Assembly: GCA_963693365.1 (NCBI GenBank)
Contig: CAVNZM010000016.1
Location: 1,293,062 to 1,357,061, forward strand
DNA: 64,000 nt
Reading direction: 5' to 3'
Origin: Amoebidium appalachense
Taxonomy: Eukaryota > Protista > Ichthyosporea
The notes beneath the pieces are model-generated. The model saw nothing but the letters and a program-made list of their open reading frames with translations, had not been told where the DNA came from and ran no database searches. The translations under genes were made by a program, and so were the position numbers. This document shows, in pieces, positions 25,095 through 38,733 of the stretch. The first letter of the stretch is position 1. Each line of letters starts with the position of its first letter.

Positions 25095-26052
25095 AGGCAC
25101 GAGCCGGACTCGAAACCAAGATTATCCTGAAAACAGGCCCGTCAACTGAATCTTGTTGGCGGACAATCTTGCACGCGGAATTTTGGCGCGATGATCCATG
25201 CCCTGGTCAGATGGTCAAGGCTGTTCTGTAACGGTTACCCGTACTGCTGTCTTTTAAAATTGCATGTTCGTGTTAAAGTTTATGCGGAGGTTTACGTACT
25301 AATTAACAGGCATGTCCTTATAGATTCAACGATGCTAGCCTAGATAGGCTTATCATCACATACGCGTCTCCGCGCTGCATGCTTGTATTCCCGTGCCTCC
25401 GAGTCGCTTTCTCCCTTGCCAGGCTCCTGTAATGCCGTAAAGATGCCCACCACCCACCTACCGATATCCTGTCAGTTTTTGTTTCCACTGGACTGTTAAC
25501 AATCTTTCAGGCCTGTCCCCCGTACGAGTTTGCCCTGACCGTCTGTGTCCAATCTTCGTCCCCTGGTAGCATCGCAGAGCCAAGCTGGTAGTTATGTCCT
25601 CTGTACGTGCGTGTGTGTGCTTCTGTGTCAGGCCCCTGCCCACGCGCATGTTTTTCGGTTAGAACGTGTACGCCCTACGACCCGCCTACGCCCGTTTGAG
25701 CAAATGAGCATGTCTTCTGACAAATTCCTTGGCGAACAAAGTTTCTTGTTCGTGAATACGGGATCGTGTAACGTTAAACGCGAGTGAATGTTTCCCTGTG
25801 TGCTTTGCCCCGCCTTCGGGCGCCCTCGTTCAGGCTTCCTCCCTCCCCCCCCTCTCCCCCCTCCGCTCTCTCTCCCCGCCCCCCCCCCCCCCCCCCCTCC
25901 TCCCCGCGCTCCTTCACAGCACTCTGTGTACATGCTCACGGCAGTATATTTTTGTTCCGGTGCCCTGCCTCGCCGTTTTACTCTGAGTGATTTAGGCAGT
26001 GTATCATGCACTACACTACTCCAACCCGCTCACCCCCTCCCCCCCATCCAAA

Positions 26053-26083
<31 letters not shown>

Positions 26084-26761
26084 TGTCACCCCCGCCACCG
26101 CCACTGCTCAGCAAATCCCCAACACATAGATCTTTTCTTTTGTTTTGCCCTAGAGCACCTGTACTTCCGTCTTTCCCTTCACAGTGCCCCCCTCCCCCCT
26201 CCCCCCCCCCCCCCCCCCCACCGGCCCTCCGCATCTTACTTCCTTGCTCCCCCTCCCTTAGCCTTGTCCCCTCCCTCAGCCCTCCCCCCCCCCCCCCCCC
26301 TTTTTTTCCCTTTGTCCGTCCCCCCCCCCCCCCCCCTCCCCTCCCCCCCCTTTACAACACACAGGCAGCCCTTCCTCCTCCTTCCCTCCCCCCACAAGAT
26401 CGCCTTCCTCCAGCTAGTGCTTAAAAACTCACGAAAGTGCCTCTGACATGAGTCATGCCCTCCCTCCCTCCTTCCCCCCCCCCCTCCCCCCTGCTCCAAC
26501 GCTCTCTCCAACTAAACAGGATACGCTGTGTATCACTCACATGCATGAGGTGCTTATTACTCTGTAAAGATGCTTGCTTGGCTGTAGGGGCTCATACCAC
26601 CTGTGTCTGGTCCTGACCACACCAAGTCCAAACATGCAACAGTGGGTGCACTACGACCCTCACCTCTAGTGTACATTATCTGTCGGATATGGTCATATTC
26701 ACGGTTTTATATTTCTTAACCTCTCGCACACACGCACACACACACACACGCCTGCCGCACG

Positions 26762-26808
<47 letters not shown>

Positions 26809-26939
26809 CACACACACACACACACACACACACGCACGCACGCACACACATGATGCATGCACACACACACACACACACACCACACACGCACACACCACAC
26901 ACGCACACAGACACATACACACACACATACACACACGCG

Positions 26940-27013
<74 letters not shown>

Positions 27014-27017
27014 CACC

Positions 27018-28894
27018 ATGGCTGGAGGGTGGGCACAGGCTGGTGGATGGCTCTGCCGAGGGCTGACTTCCGGTCCAAAACACTGCCGCCAGCAGCATCG
27101 GTAAGTGCGGACCGCCTGTTCTTGCCCCCCTCCCCTTTACCCCCCCCCCCCCCCCCCCCCTCCCGGCTCCCCATACCCCACCACCCACTAACACAATCCT
27201 CTCTCCTCCCCCTCCCCCCTCCCCATCTCCCCATTCCCCTCCTCACACACACACACACTAACATCCCGTCATTCTCCCCCTCCCCCCGGCACCCTTCTCG
27301 ACCTCTCACCTTCCCGGTCCGCGCGGCCCCTTAAAGCTTTGCGCATATAAGAGAGTGAGGGAAGGGGCTAATCAACTAAAATTATACACACCTGGTCAGT
27401 GCACACACACAGACACCCACAAACACGCCCAACCCTTTATGTTTGAATATTGGAGGATGAATGGAAGGTCTGCCGGCTTCCTTGTGCTCTCTTTGCCTTG
27501 CCTTTCCCCCCTTCCCCCCTTCCCCGCGCCCCACCACACAGACACACACACAAACCGATATTGTGCAATTACTTCGGCCCCCCTGAGGATGGGCTCTACT
27601 TGTTATGCACCTATTCTTTATGTGTGCCTTTGCACTCTGCATCGTGTTGCCTGTTGTTTATATGCACTTCGTACTCTATAACACTTTTACCCCCCCCCCC
27701 CCCCCCCCCCTCCCTCCCTCAACAACCCCCCTACGATGGGTGTTGCTCAATCATCTTCTGCCTGCTTGTGTCGTGGTTTTTTTAAGACATTGCTTGCATG
27801 ATAGTTGCCACTCCTTAGTGCGCACATATTCCCCCCTTCCCCCCCCCCCCCCCCCCCCCCGCCCTCTCCCCCTCACACCTCCAAAATTAAAATAAAAATA
27901 AAAATAAATAGAAATAATTAGTCAGAAATAAATAAATAATGAAAGCACACACACGAGCTCTCGCATATATGGTCATGAACCAAGCATAATCACTCCATAT
28001 TTGACTAACACAGTTCTACTTGCAGTCGTCTTTCTTCAGTGGGTCCTTCAACCATGCATCCACCCGTGTTGCTGCCGGAGCTATTTTTAGCCCAGTGGAC
28101 CGTGCTGCCGTGGCCTCAACCACACAGCACCATATCCACTCCGTGGTATCATGTGCAGGTGTGCTATCTCCCCCCTATGTGCACTATTACATAAATTATT
28201 GCTCACAAATATTGATGTTGTGTTCCCACAAGAGTTGCTCAAGGACACACACATGCACATGCACACGCACGCGCACACACACACACATGCGCGCGTGCGC
28301 GCATGCGCGCGCGCACACACACACACAGAGACACACATAGAATTACACATATGTTCGTAAAGGTGACAACAAAAGAATTGTAGACACATGCGACACGGAT
28401 GCACAAACCAACCACCACAAGCAGAGTCTAGCTTGCAAGTGCAGAACACCACAAGCTATAACACACATTAAAAACATCTCCCCCCGTTCCAACCACCCCT
28501 CCCCACCCCTTTCCGCCCGTTCGCCCCGCCCCGCCCGCCCCGCCCGGCGCAGCCCCTGTCTCGCATTAAGCACCCAGATAGGCCACTGGTTCTGGTGTGC
28601 TGTTAGTTTGGTCAGTCTCCCTTACACCCATTCTTCCAGAGAGCCGTGCCAATCATCTAAGGGCATCTGGATATGTCATCCAATCACCGTTGTTTCCTGC
28701 TTGTGTTGGCCGATCCCTTATCACTTCCAATCGAGTATGCCTGCAAAATCCCCCCCCTCCTCTCCCCTCCTTCTTTCCCCCCCGCTCTCCCCCTCGCCCC
28801 TCCCCCAAGCAGCCAACCCACATACACCCACACATCCACCCACCCTCCAGGCCACCCACCCTACTCTCTACCGAGGAAGCACCTGAAGTGCGTA

Positions 28895-28932
<38 letters not shown>

Positions 28933-29053
28933 CTTATACATGTCTAGACACACACACGCGCCCGCCCGCACACATGCATGCACACACACGTGCACGCATG
29001 GACACACGCATACACCGCACACACACACACACTCACACATACACATACACACA

Positions 29054-29132
<79 letters not shown>

Positions 29133-30390
29133 ACACACGCACACACGCACACACCATGCACAAGCACACAAAGTCACTCTGTTCTTCAAGCAGCCACAAA
29201 GGGATACTCAAGTCACCGTGGTGAAAGATTGTAAGTTAGTAATATATATTTATTACAGAGACTATCATGACATACCATATAAAAATATAACTTGGCATAG
29301 AATTTATTATAACTTATAATGAATATAGAAAAGCAGTCATTATATATAAAATAAGAATATGAGCTGACGGTCTGCCTCCACCAGGCCAGCACTGTGGCTG
29401 GGCCAGTGAGTCAGCTGCCGGCTGCAAGGTCCGAGTCCACCAAACCTCGGGGCTCAGATCCTGAAACCGCCTCCAGATTTAGGGGTGTGTATTGGCACCA
29501 AAAAGGTCATAATTGGATGTCAAGGGTTCACGTTAGTTCGTTCTACATCGGCTGTTTTAACTGTCGGGTTTCTGCTGCACGGCACAACGACGTTGCGATC
29601 GGATACCTCGTCGAATCAAAAATCCTGGACGAGAAATACCTGGCAAGGACCAACGTCAGCCTGGGCTTTTTGGAGCCATTTGAGCCCACGGCTGAGGAGA
29701 AGCAGACAGTGATGAGACGGTGGAAGGAAAAGATGGGGCGAGAATCTGCCTCCCTTTTTCGGGGTATTTTTAGGCCCTGCGTTAACAGCGTTAGTGAATA
29801 TAGAAAGGTGTGGAGAGCAAGGTTTACGGATGAATTCGGCAAAGGACGCTGGATTGGTTCCTTTTCCACTGAGATTGAGGCGGCACTGTGCTGTAGATGT
29901 GGCTGTGAGAGCCTTAAAATTGCCAAAGTCGGAGAAGATCAGGAGGATCAATTTCTTTAGGGAGAATGATTATCTCTCGGAGAACCAGGCACGTCGAGGT
30001 GGGTGCATCGGGGTGTACAGCCAGGGGGACAGGGATAATAGATTAAAACCATGGTGTGCTCAGGCCCCAGCCAACACCCTATCAACTATCAAAAAGACTC
30101 GTCCCTCTACTCGGAAGGATACTTTTCCGTCAAGGTATATCGGGTGCTATGCAACCAAACTCGAAGCAATGGAAGCGTACGACCGGTTTGTGCTGGACCA
30201 ATGGGCACAGCAGGACGAACCACGGGGCCCCCTGCCACCCACCAACTTCAGTCCAGCCAAGTATGGCTATGAGCTTATAAGTCCACCCACCATACCACCC
30301 CTTAAAGAAACAAATGCCATAAATCCACCCAAGAGGCTAGGTAGGCCGCGCAAGAACACATCTTCACCTCTCCCCGAAACTCGAAACTGA
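27018..30390 (+). pseudogene. Triple AP2-domain protein, copy 2 (exons 27018-27100, 28026-28158, 28640-28734, 29385-30390); frameshifted
   Basis: Same exon structure as copy 1. Exon 1 is 8 nt longer, which puts the first ATG out of frame, although a downstream ATG (MALPRADF) is in frame. There is a +1 insertion near 29886 in AP2 domain 2, which could be a sequencing error. Confidence 0.75.
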
Positions 30391-30460
30391 TCTCTAGCCT
30401 GCACATTATTGTCAATAATATTATAAGAAATATGTGTGTACATGTATCTTTGGAAGAAGT

Positions 30461-31232
30461 TGTTGGACATCATGATTGTGTTCATAGAAGCTAGTTCTAG
30501 TGCACGTTGTTCCTTCTGTAAGTCAGAAATGATTGCATCTTGTGAGGCCAACCTCTGCTCCAGTAGTTGGACTAGTTGCTGCAACTGTAAGTTGTCAGAC
30601 ATAGTGTCGTGTATGATGGGTAACTAGTCTATGTGTTTTGTGCACTGGAAACGACAGTAGAAAAGTGTAAATCAAACGTTCTGCTTCCCATGTTTGTGAC
30701 ATGGGAGGCACTGCTTTATATAGTCGTTGGCCACCTCATGGTGGCCTCGTGTGCATCCTGGTGGTGGGCCATGTACAGCATGGCCGAAAAGAGAGCACAA
30801 TGAAAACAAGTCGTTAAAGATATAAAAGTTAACTGTGCACGTTGAGTGGCTAGTTAACTTGCACTAAAGCACACAAATAAACGTGTTTAACACACCAATT
30901 GCAGTTAAACGTAAATCTTGCTTCACACAACTAAAAATATTCTGAGAATATCCGGGAATAAAGCACACTACCACTCTAAGAATAGAATCCTGTGGCAAAT
31001 ATAGACATGACATCATCTGAACCGGGAATAGCCGAAAAGAGAGCACAATTAGCACGTTGCTAGTGAAGCTCGTCATTGGTACAGTTTTGGCTCAAACATA
31101 TAACTACCATATATGAATATGACCGTAAACAAAAGCTCTATGCACTCGAGTGAGTGTTGAAACAGTTATTCAATTGCTCAGAAACTTTCTCTAACAGACA
31201 TTGCTAGCCGGGAGTACCAGTGTACTCCAACA
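30461..31232 (-). repeat. Copia 3' LTR (772 bp)
   Basis: Matches 35581-36346 apart from a 6-bp insertion and one substitution noticed by eye. Confidence 0.95.
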
Positions 31233-31418
31233 CCCCTACTCAATTGGATAATTGTGGTATGAATTAATGCAACTGAGCTCGAGTGCTTCAGGTGCACAAA
31301 ATACAGACAATAAAGATTCCCCTACTCAATTTTAGTATGGTACACGTAGTTGCACAGTCGGATGCAACTCTCTCCCCCCCCCTGAAGTATGAGGGCGCAG
31401 TTGGTTGATGACGGGTGC

Positions 31419-34400
31419 TCAGCACATGTTGAGCATCCCCACGGCCTTGGTGAAGAAAGAGGCAGACAGGGCCTTGGTGAACATGTCGGCCTTGTTGTCA
31501 GCAGAAGCCACCGGGACCACAGTGATGTTGCCCAGCAGGTGATGTTCCTTGACGGAGCAGTAGCGGACGTCGATGTGCTTGGTCTTGGGCTTAACCCCCA
31601 GGGTGTCCAGCAGGGCCCGGGCAGACTCATTGTCCCCATGGATGGGCACCGGGGTGGGCTCATTGATAGGATTAAGGCCCAGGTCGTCCATCACATAGTT
31701 GAGCCATAGGGCCTCGTTCGTAGCAGCAGACATGGCCACAAATTCAGCCTCAGTGGAGCTGTGGGTGGTGATGGACTGGAGCCGAGACACCCAGGACACA
31801 GGGGAGGAGTTGATGAAGAAGACATGGCCCGTGGTGGAGCGCCGGGTGTCGCGGTCCTCGGCGTAGTCGGAGTCGGAGTAGCCAACAAGGTTGGGGGGGC
31901 CGGGACGGTAGACAATACCCAGGTCGATGGTGGCCAGCAGGTAGCTTACAACTCTGGTAGCCATAGTCCAGTGGGTGACGGTGGGCGCATGAATGTGTCG
32001 AGTAAGGACTCCCAGAGCCTGGGAAATGTCGGGGCGGGTGGTACGCGCAATCCACAGCAGGGCACCGACCAGGCTGGCATAGTCCTCCTTCTTGCTGTAG
32101 GCTGGGGTCTTGTTGCTTTCACTGGCCTGGCCCGGGACGATGGGGGTCTTGGTGCCGGACATGTGGGTGAGACGAAAACGGGCAGCCAAGTCGATGATGT
32201 GTTGACGATGGCCCAGACGCAGAGACCCGTCCTCCAGCCAGGTAAGAGTGTGCCCGATGAGCAGGGTAGGACGACCCAGGTCCTTGGCAGAGAAACGAGC
32301 ATCCAGCTTGGTGAAAAAATCGTCGATGAGCGCATCAGTGGCGGCCGTCACGGTGAAGTCATCCACGTAGGCAGCAAGGGCAATAAACGTTGGGGTCCCG
32401 GCATTCTTGATGAACAGGCACGGGTCAGCAGCACTCACAATGAAGCCTTGGTCGAGGAGATGGTCACGGAGGGCCTCATACCACTGGCGCGGTGCCTGTT
32501 TTAGGCCGTAGAGCGCCTTGTGGAGCAAGCCGACAGCATGGGGGGCCGAGGGGTTGACGAAGCCAGGGGGCTGCTCAATGTAGATGGTCTCGTTGACGGT
32601 GCCGTTGAGGAATGCTGTGTTGACGTCGATGTGGCGCAGAGGCAGACCTTGGGCCACGGAGGTAGCCAAAACCAGCCGGATGGTAGCCAGCGCAGCCACA
32701 GGTGACTCGGTGACGAAATAGTCCTGGCCAGGCTGCTGGTAGTTGCCCCGGGCCACAAGCCGGGCCTTGAAAGCAGTGACGTTGCCGACGTTGTCCTGCT
32801 TGACCGTAAAGACCCAGCCGACCGGAATGACAGTGGAGCCATCCTCTGGACGGGGCACAAGGGTGAAGGTGCCGTTGTCTTCCAGGGCCTTGAGCTCACG
32901 GTGTGCAGCCTCCTCCCATTTCAGACGCTGGGGACTCTTGAGTGCAGCCCGGACAGTCTTGGGGACAACAATGGTGGAAGCCTTGATGGGTGTTGATGCA
33001 GGAGCCGTAGCCTGGGGGGCAAGGGGGGCCGTAGCAGCAGCCACGTTGGCAGTCGGGCCTCGACGTTGGTCGTTGTACACAGCGCCACTACGGGTCGTCC
33101 GGGGGAGCCGATGTGCAGGCTCGGGCAGGATCGGAATGTCCAATTGATCACTCGGCGCTGTCCCATTGGCTGACAGACGAGACGAATCAGATTGCTGATC
33201 ATTCCGGACGATGTGATCGGCTGGCTGATTTGACGAATCAGATGACTCCAAAAAATGATGAATTGCCGGTGCGGTCGACCAATCAGATGGGACATCACGG
33301 AGAGGGTGCAGAATAGCAGCCTCGTCGAACTGCACGTCACGGCTGACGGTCATCTTGTGTGCTGCTGGAATCCAGACCTTGTAGCCCTTGATGTTAGGAG
33401 GGTAGCCCACGAAGATGCCCTTGACGGCACGAGGCGCCAGTTTCGGTGTATCCTGTTGATGGACGTAGCAGGGAGAGCCCCAGACACGGAGCCGGCTGTA
33501 GTCGGGAGGAATGCCGGTCCACAGCAGGGCGGGAGACGATTGGCTGCCGGTGGCTCGCGACGGGAGCATGTTGCGTATAAAAGCCGCGGTCACAGCTGCC
33601 TCGGCCCAGAATCCCACCGGAAGGCCGGACTGCTGCAGGAGTGCCCGAACCATGTCGAGGAGGGTCCGGTTCAGTCGTTCGGCAGTCCCATTCTGTTGAG
33701 GAGAGCCGGTGGTAGTGATCTGATGGCGAATGCCATGCTCACGGTTGTAGTCCCCGAAGGCCGTGCCCATGTACTCGCCCCCCCGTCGGACTGAAACACC
33801 TGCATGGGAACACCGTGTTGGGTAACCGCCGCCTTGTGGTACGTCACATATGCAGCCAGTGTGTCCGACTTCTTGACGAGGGGCACGGCCGTGGTGTGGC
33901 CGGTGAATTCGTCGTGGAACGTCGCCAAGTACTGAGCACCACCGATCGCGGGAGGGAAGGGGCCGCTGATGTCGCTGTGAACCTTGGCTAGGACCCGGGG
34001 AGCTTGGCTAGTTGATTCGGAGAAGGCAACACGGTGGGCTTTGCCGAGGGCACAGGGCTCACACACACCCGGAGACTTGGCACCGCCACCCACCAACAGG
34101 CCTGCAGACTTGATGACCGAGCGTACAGCGTCAATGCCAGCATGGCCCAGACGGTAGTGCCACGTGTTGAGGTCGGCAGTAACCTTGAGGATACGCGGAG
34201 CAGTGGTGGTTTGGGCGTCCGGGGTTGTGTCCGCGCGCAGAAGAGACACCGCCATGTGGTACAGCTTGGTGCCGACAGCCGAGCCGGTGGCCAGAATTTG
34301 ATCGCCGTAGCACAACTTAACGCCGCCGCGGGTGTCAAAGCGGGGTAAAACACCGTTGGTAGTTGCCGTGAACACACTGATGAGAGTGTCGGGGATGGAG

Positions 34401-35716
34401 GGCACGTAGAGTACATCCGTCAGCTGATGCACCGCAGTAACGCCGTCGATGGTGCTGGAAAAGAACACGTCGCCCACCCCAAGCACTGCACATGCACCCT
34501 TGTCGGCTACTTGGACCGTGGAGTAAGGCGCCGCACGCATGTTGATGAACACATCGGGCCGGGGGCACACATGGTCAGTGGCTCCAGAGTCGAGGAGCAC
34601 CTTGTTGGTGCCACAGTCATTGCTAGACATGAGGAAAGCCCGGGGAGCGGCAGCCCCCCCCTTGCACTGTGCCGTAGTGTGGGTAGTAGAGGCAGGGTGG
34701 TTGATGCAGGACCCAGGCGGGAGGGGACCACCCTTAGGTTTGCGGCCGTTGGCACGGTTGCCCCCCTTGCACATGGCGGTAGTGTGACTGGTAGACAGTG
34801 GGTGGTTGACGCAGGAACCCTTGGGGTAGGTGCTGGCACGGTTGTTGCCAGAGTTGCTGTGTTGGCCGTTGCCGTTGGGGCACTGAGACTTGATGTGGCC
34901 TGGTTTGCCGCAGCCGTGGCAGATGACAGGTTGAGGAGCCCGTGTGGTGAAGGCGGCCGGCCCGGAGCTGGTAGTCACACGTGCACGTGGGTGGCTGGTC
35001 TCATATGCCCGTAGCTGTTGGAGGAGGCCCATCACGGTAGGCTTGGGTGTCATCTTGTAGGCAATTACAGGCATTTCGTAGTAAGGCACCTTGCCGAGGT
35101 CGTTGGTGAGCTTGGTCAGCACTTGAGCATCACCAATTTGTGTGCCGTAATCGGCCAGGCGCCGCACGTAGCCGCGGAGTTTCATGGCGTATTTCGTCGC
35201 GGTGTCCGTAGGTTCAGGCGTAGAATTCATGTACAGCCCGATAAGGTCGTACTGATTGGCCTCAGATTGCTCCAGGTAGTGGGCAGATAGGGCCGACCAT
35301 ATCTCCGCAGGTGTGGTGGTGCGTGTTAACCCTAGGATACAACGCACGTCAACCGAGAGTGCTTGCCACAGGTAGGAACGGGCAGTGTCGACCTGTTCAC
35401 GGGTAGCCGGGTGCTCCGTACTGGGCGCGATGGTGTGGAGAAGACCAGCACCAGAAAGCTGGACATACATGGTTTCGGCCCATGTGTGGTAGTCCGTGCC
35501 TGAATCATTATCAATGCCAGTGAAGAGAGGGATGTCGACCTTGAACTTGATGGAATCATTACGTGAGGGGCCCATAACCCTGTTGGACATTGTGTTCATA
35601 GAAGCTAGTTCTAGTGCACGTTGTTCCTTCTGTAAGTCAGAAATGATTGCATCTTGTGAGGCCAACCTCTGCTCCAGTAGTTGGACTAGTTGCTGCAACT
35701 GTAAGTTGTCAGACAT
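31419..35716 (-). CDS. Copia gag-pol polyprotein (Gag, protease, GAG-pre-integrase, integrase, RT, RNase H)
   Basis: Motifs in Copia order: CCHC knuckle, LDSGATDH, WHYRLGH..CEPC, QSDGG(GEY), QQNGTAER, KARLVARG, YVDD, YSDSDYA, KHIDVRY. The two ORFs join if one G is added to the G7 run at ~33778-33784. Confidence 0.93.
35568..35579 (-). promoter_or_regulatory. Primer-binding site GGTTATGGGCCC (internal/half tRNA-iMet type)
   Basis: Located 1 nt after the 5' LTR. This is the PBS motif characteristic of Drosophila copia-type elements. Confidence 0.85.
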
Positions 35717-36346
35717 AGTGTCGTGTATGATGGGTAACTAGTCTATGTGTTTTGTGCACTGGAAACGACAGTAGAAAAGTGTAAATCAAACGTTCTGCTT
35801 CCCATGTTTGTGACATGGGAGGCACTGCTTTATATAGTCGTTGGCCACCTCATGGTGGCCTCGTGTGCACCCTGGTGGTGGGCCATGTACAGCATGGCCG
35901 AAAAGAGAGCACAATGAAAACAAGTCGTTAAAGATATAAAAGTTAACTGTGCACGTTGAGTGGCTAGTTAACTTGCACTAAAGCACACAAATAAACGTGT
36001 TTAACACACCAATTGCAGTTAAACGTAAATCTTGCTTCACACAACTAAAAATATTCTGAGAATATCCGGGAATAAAGCACACTACCACTCTAAGAATAGA
36101 ATCCTGTGGCAAATATAGACATGACATCATCTGAACCGGGAATAGCCGAAAAGAGAGCACAATTAGCACGTTGCTAGTGAAGCTCGTCATTGGTACAGTT
36201 TTGGCTCAAACATATAACTACCATATATGAATATGACCGTAAACAAAAGCTCTATGCACTCGAGTGAGTGTTGAAACAGTTATTCAATTGCTCAGAAACT
36301 TTCTCTAACAGACATTGCTAGCCGGGAGTACCAGTGTACTCCAACA
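35581..36346 (-). repeat. Copia 5' LTR (766 bp)
   Basis: Followed on the minus strand by the PBS. Contains TATATAAAG (~35827-35835) and the gag ATG at 35716. Confidence 0.95.
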
Positions 36347-36618
36347 GAAGTACCGTTCATCCTAGCTAGTATTTTTTAGTTCGTGTCCGCCTGCAACGGT
36401 ACGTGATGAATAATTTAAGCCTTGGTTATTTTTTTTGACGGCCAAGTATCTTCAAGCTCGTTAAAACACATGTGTGTTGGCGCGTGGCTGTCAGTGCCTG
36501 GCTAGTTGTATTAATCCCAGTAATAAATGACATCAGTACTGTGAGGGGTGGTGTTTTGACGACGACTGCGGCGCGAAGTGGTGCAGCGGCGTTGGCGTTG
36601 GTGGCAATGGTGGTGGTG

Positions 36619-36652
<34 letters not shown>

Positions 36653-37019
36653 GCCTCCGAGGCTGTACATGTGCCAGGTTTTGCTTGGGCCCTTTTCCAA
36701 GGCTCTGCTGTTGGTTCTCTACGGCTGACCATTCTCACTCTCACTCTCTCTCCCCCCATCTCGAGATCTAGTCTTTAGAGGCTCCATCCTTCTCAGTCTC
36801 TCCCTGGCCACCCCCACACACACACACGCACGCACGCACACACTCGCTCTCTAGATCTCTCTCACGTGCACACATTGATTTACATACTGACACTGTACAT
36901 GTGACCGGCACGCACACGCACACACACACACACAGACACACACACACACACACACAGTGACATACACACACACACCGTAACAAACACACTTAGACACCGG
37001 CACACCCCGTTTCACACAC

Positions 37020-37346
37020 ACTCTCTCTGTCTCTCTTTCTCTCTCTCTCTCTCTCCCCCCCTTCCCTCCCCCCCCGAGCTCGTCTCTCTTTCATCTCTCT
37101 CTCACACAGAAGCACAGAGGCCCTCTCTCCCTCTCTCGCTCTCTCGCTCTCTCTCTCTGTCTGTCTGTCTGATCTTTCTCTCTCTCTCTTTCTCTCTCTC
37201 TGATCTCTCCCTCTCTCTCTTTCATCTCTCTCCCTCTCTCCCTCCCTCCCTCTCTCTCTCTTTGTATCTCTAATCTCTCTCTCTCTCTCTCTCTCCACCC
37301 TCTCTCTCTTTCTCTCTCTCGCTCTCTCTTTCTTTACAGAGAGGCC

Positions 37347-37402
<56 letters not shown>

Positions 37403-37500
37403 CCTCCCCCCCTCCTCCCCCCCTGCCCCCCTCCCCGCTCTTCCTCTCCCCGCCTCCTCCCCCGTGCACCCCTCCTTTTGAATTCCCTCCCTCTCTCTAT
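37020..37500. repeat. (CT)n / poly-C low-complexity tract
   Basis: Directly visible. Confidence 0.95.
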
Positions 37501-38622
37501 ATATCTCTCTAAATCTATCTTTCTCCTTCACGCTCTCTTTTTTAATAAGAAGGACAAGTTTTGGCCGTCCTCATTACATACGTGGCCCCGGGTGTGTATG
37601 TGTGTGTTTGTGTGTGTGTGTGTGGGGAGGGGGGGGGGGGGGGGGGGGGCGGAGGATCCGAAGGGAGGGGGGGGGGGGGGGGAGGATCCGCAGGGAGAGG
37701 GGGGGGGGGGGGAATTCGAAGGTTGCATGCTTGTTAAAGCGAGAAATAAAACGATAGTGATATGTTGTCTTTTCAGTTCTCGTTTACCATTATATTAGGA
37801 GCCTTGAAATGGTCTCCAAGCAATGCTTCGGCATCACAGGTGTAAGGGTTATGCCGAGCCTTACAACTACAGGGTAATTTACGGGATATACTCATAACTA
37901 GTCTTTGGATATTTTTATTTTCAGCTTGGTGGGGTCAGGAGGTTTTATACACCCGCGAGGTTTTGTTCAACCTTAAGGTTGTCTGTGCCGGTGACGTACT
38001 CTCTGCTGACGGTCAAGCAATGTATGTACCAACCTATCACGTGATAGGCGAAAAAAAAGTTCGATTGTGGCCTACCAGAATCTTATTTGGAAACCTCTTA
38101 GCCTACCAGGCCAAAAAAAAAAAAAAAGCATTGCTTTAAAAATCTGTTTCGCGGCTAGCCGGATAGCCGGATTTCGGAATCTCAAATCTTCAAATTTTCT
38201 AGTGTTAGAGATTTCAATGGTTTAGGTTTTGGTTGGTTTGCACGGGGTATATTTTAAAAAATCAAACGAATGCCCTGCTCCTCTGGTGCCGCCATGATGG
38301 CTTACTGTGTTTTCCATTCCAGCACGGCTACATACCAGACGAGGGGAATAATCATACTTCATCCCACCCACTTAATGCTCGGGAATTTTTTTAAAAAGAA
38401 AACAATTATAGAAAGAGACTGGCCAAGCTGTGGGTGGGTATGGAAGGGTGATAGTTTGTAATTCAGGACAATGCCTCGTCCCTCCCCGCATGAGTCACGG
38501 GGAGGGGCCGCAAAGGGGGAGGGGGGGGGGGGGGATTTTGAAATTCGTTTTATCTAAATTTCTAGAATTTTGCATTTTACGAAGTTCTCATTAAAAACTT
38601 CTGCTTTGTTTTTCTTTTTTGG

Positions 38623-38733
<111 letters not shown>

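Larger units (their letters stand above)
30461..36346 (-). mobile_element. Full-length, very young Ty1/Copia LTR retrotransposon
   Basis: LTRs run TGTTGGA...TCCAACA. 5-bp TSD GAAGT at 30456-30460 and 36347-36351. The empty site (GAAGTACCGTTCATCCTAG) is visible in the paralog at ~22534. Confidence 0.97.

Noticed and set aside
25034-25117. 25-bp direct repeat flanking a poly(A) run
   Set aside because: It could be a minimal retro-insertion with a TSD, but it lies among long homopolymers and may be an assembly artefact.
33770-33790. Programmed frameshift in Copia pol
   Set aside because: It falls in the middle of the integrase core at a G homopolymer (SDGGGEY), which is better explained by a 1-nt sequencing error or mutation.
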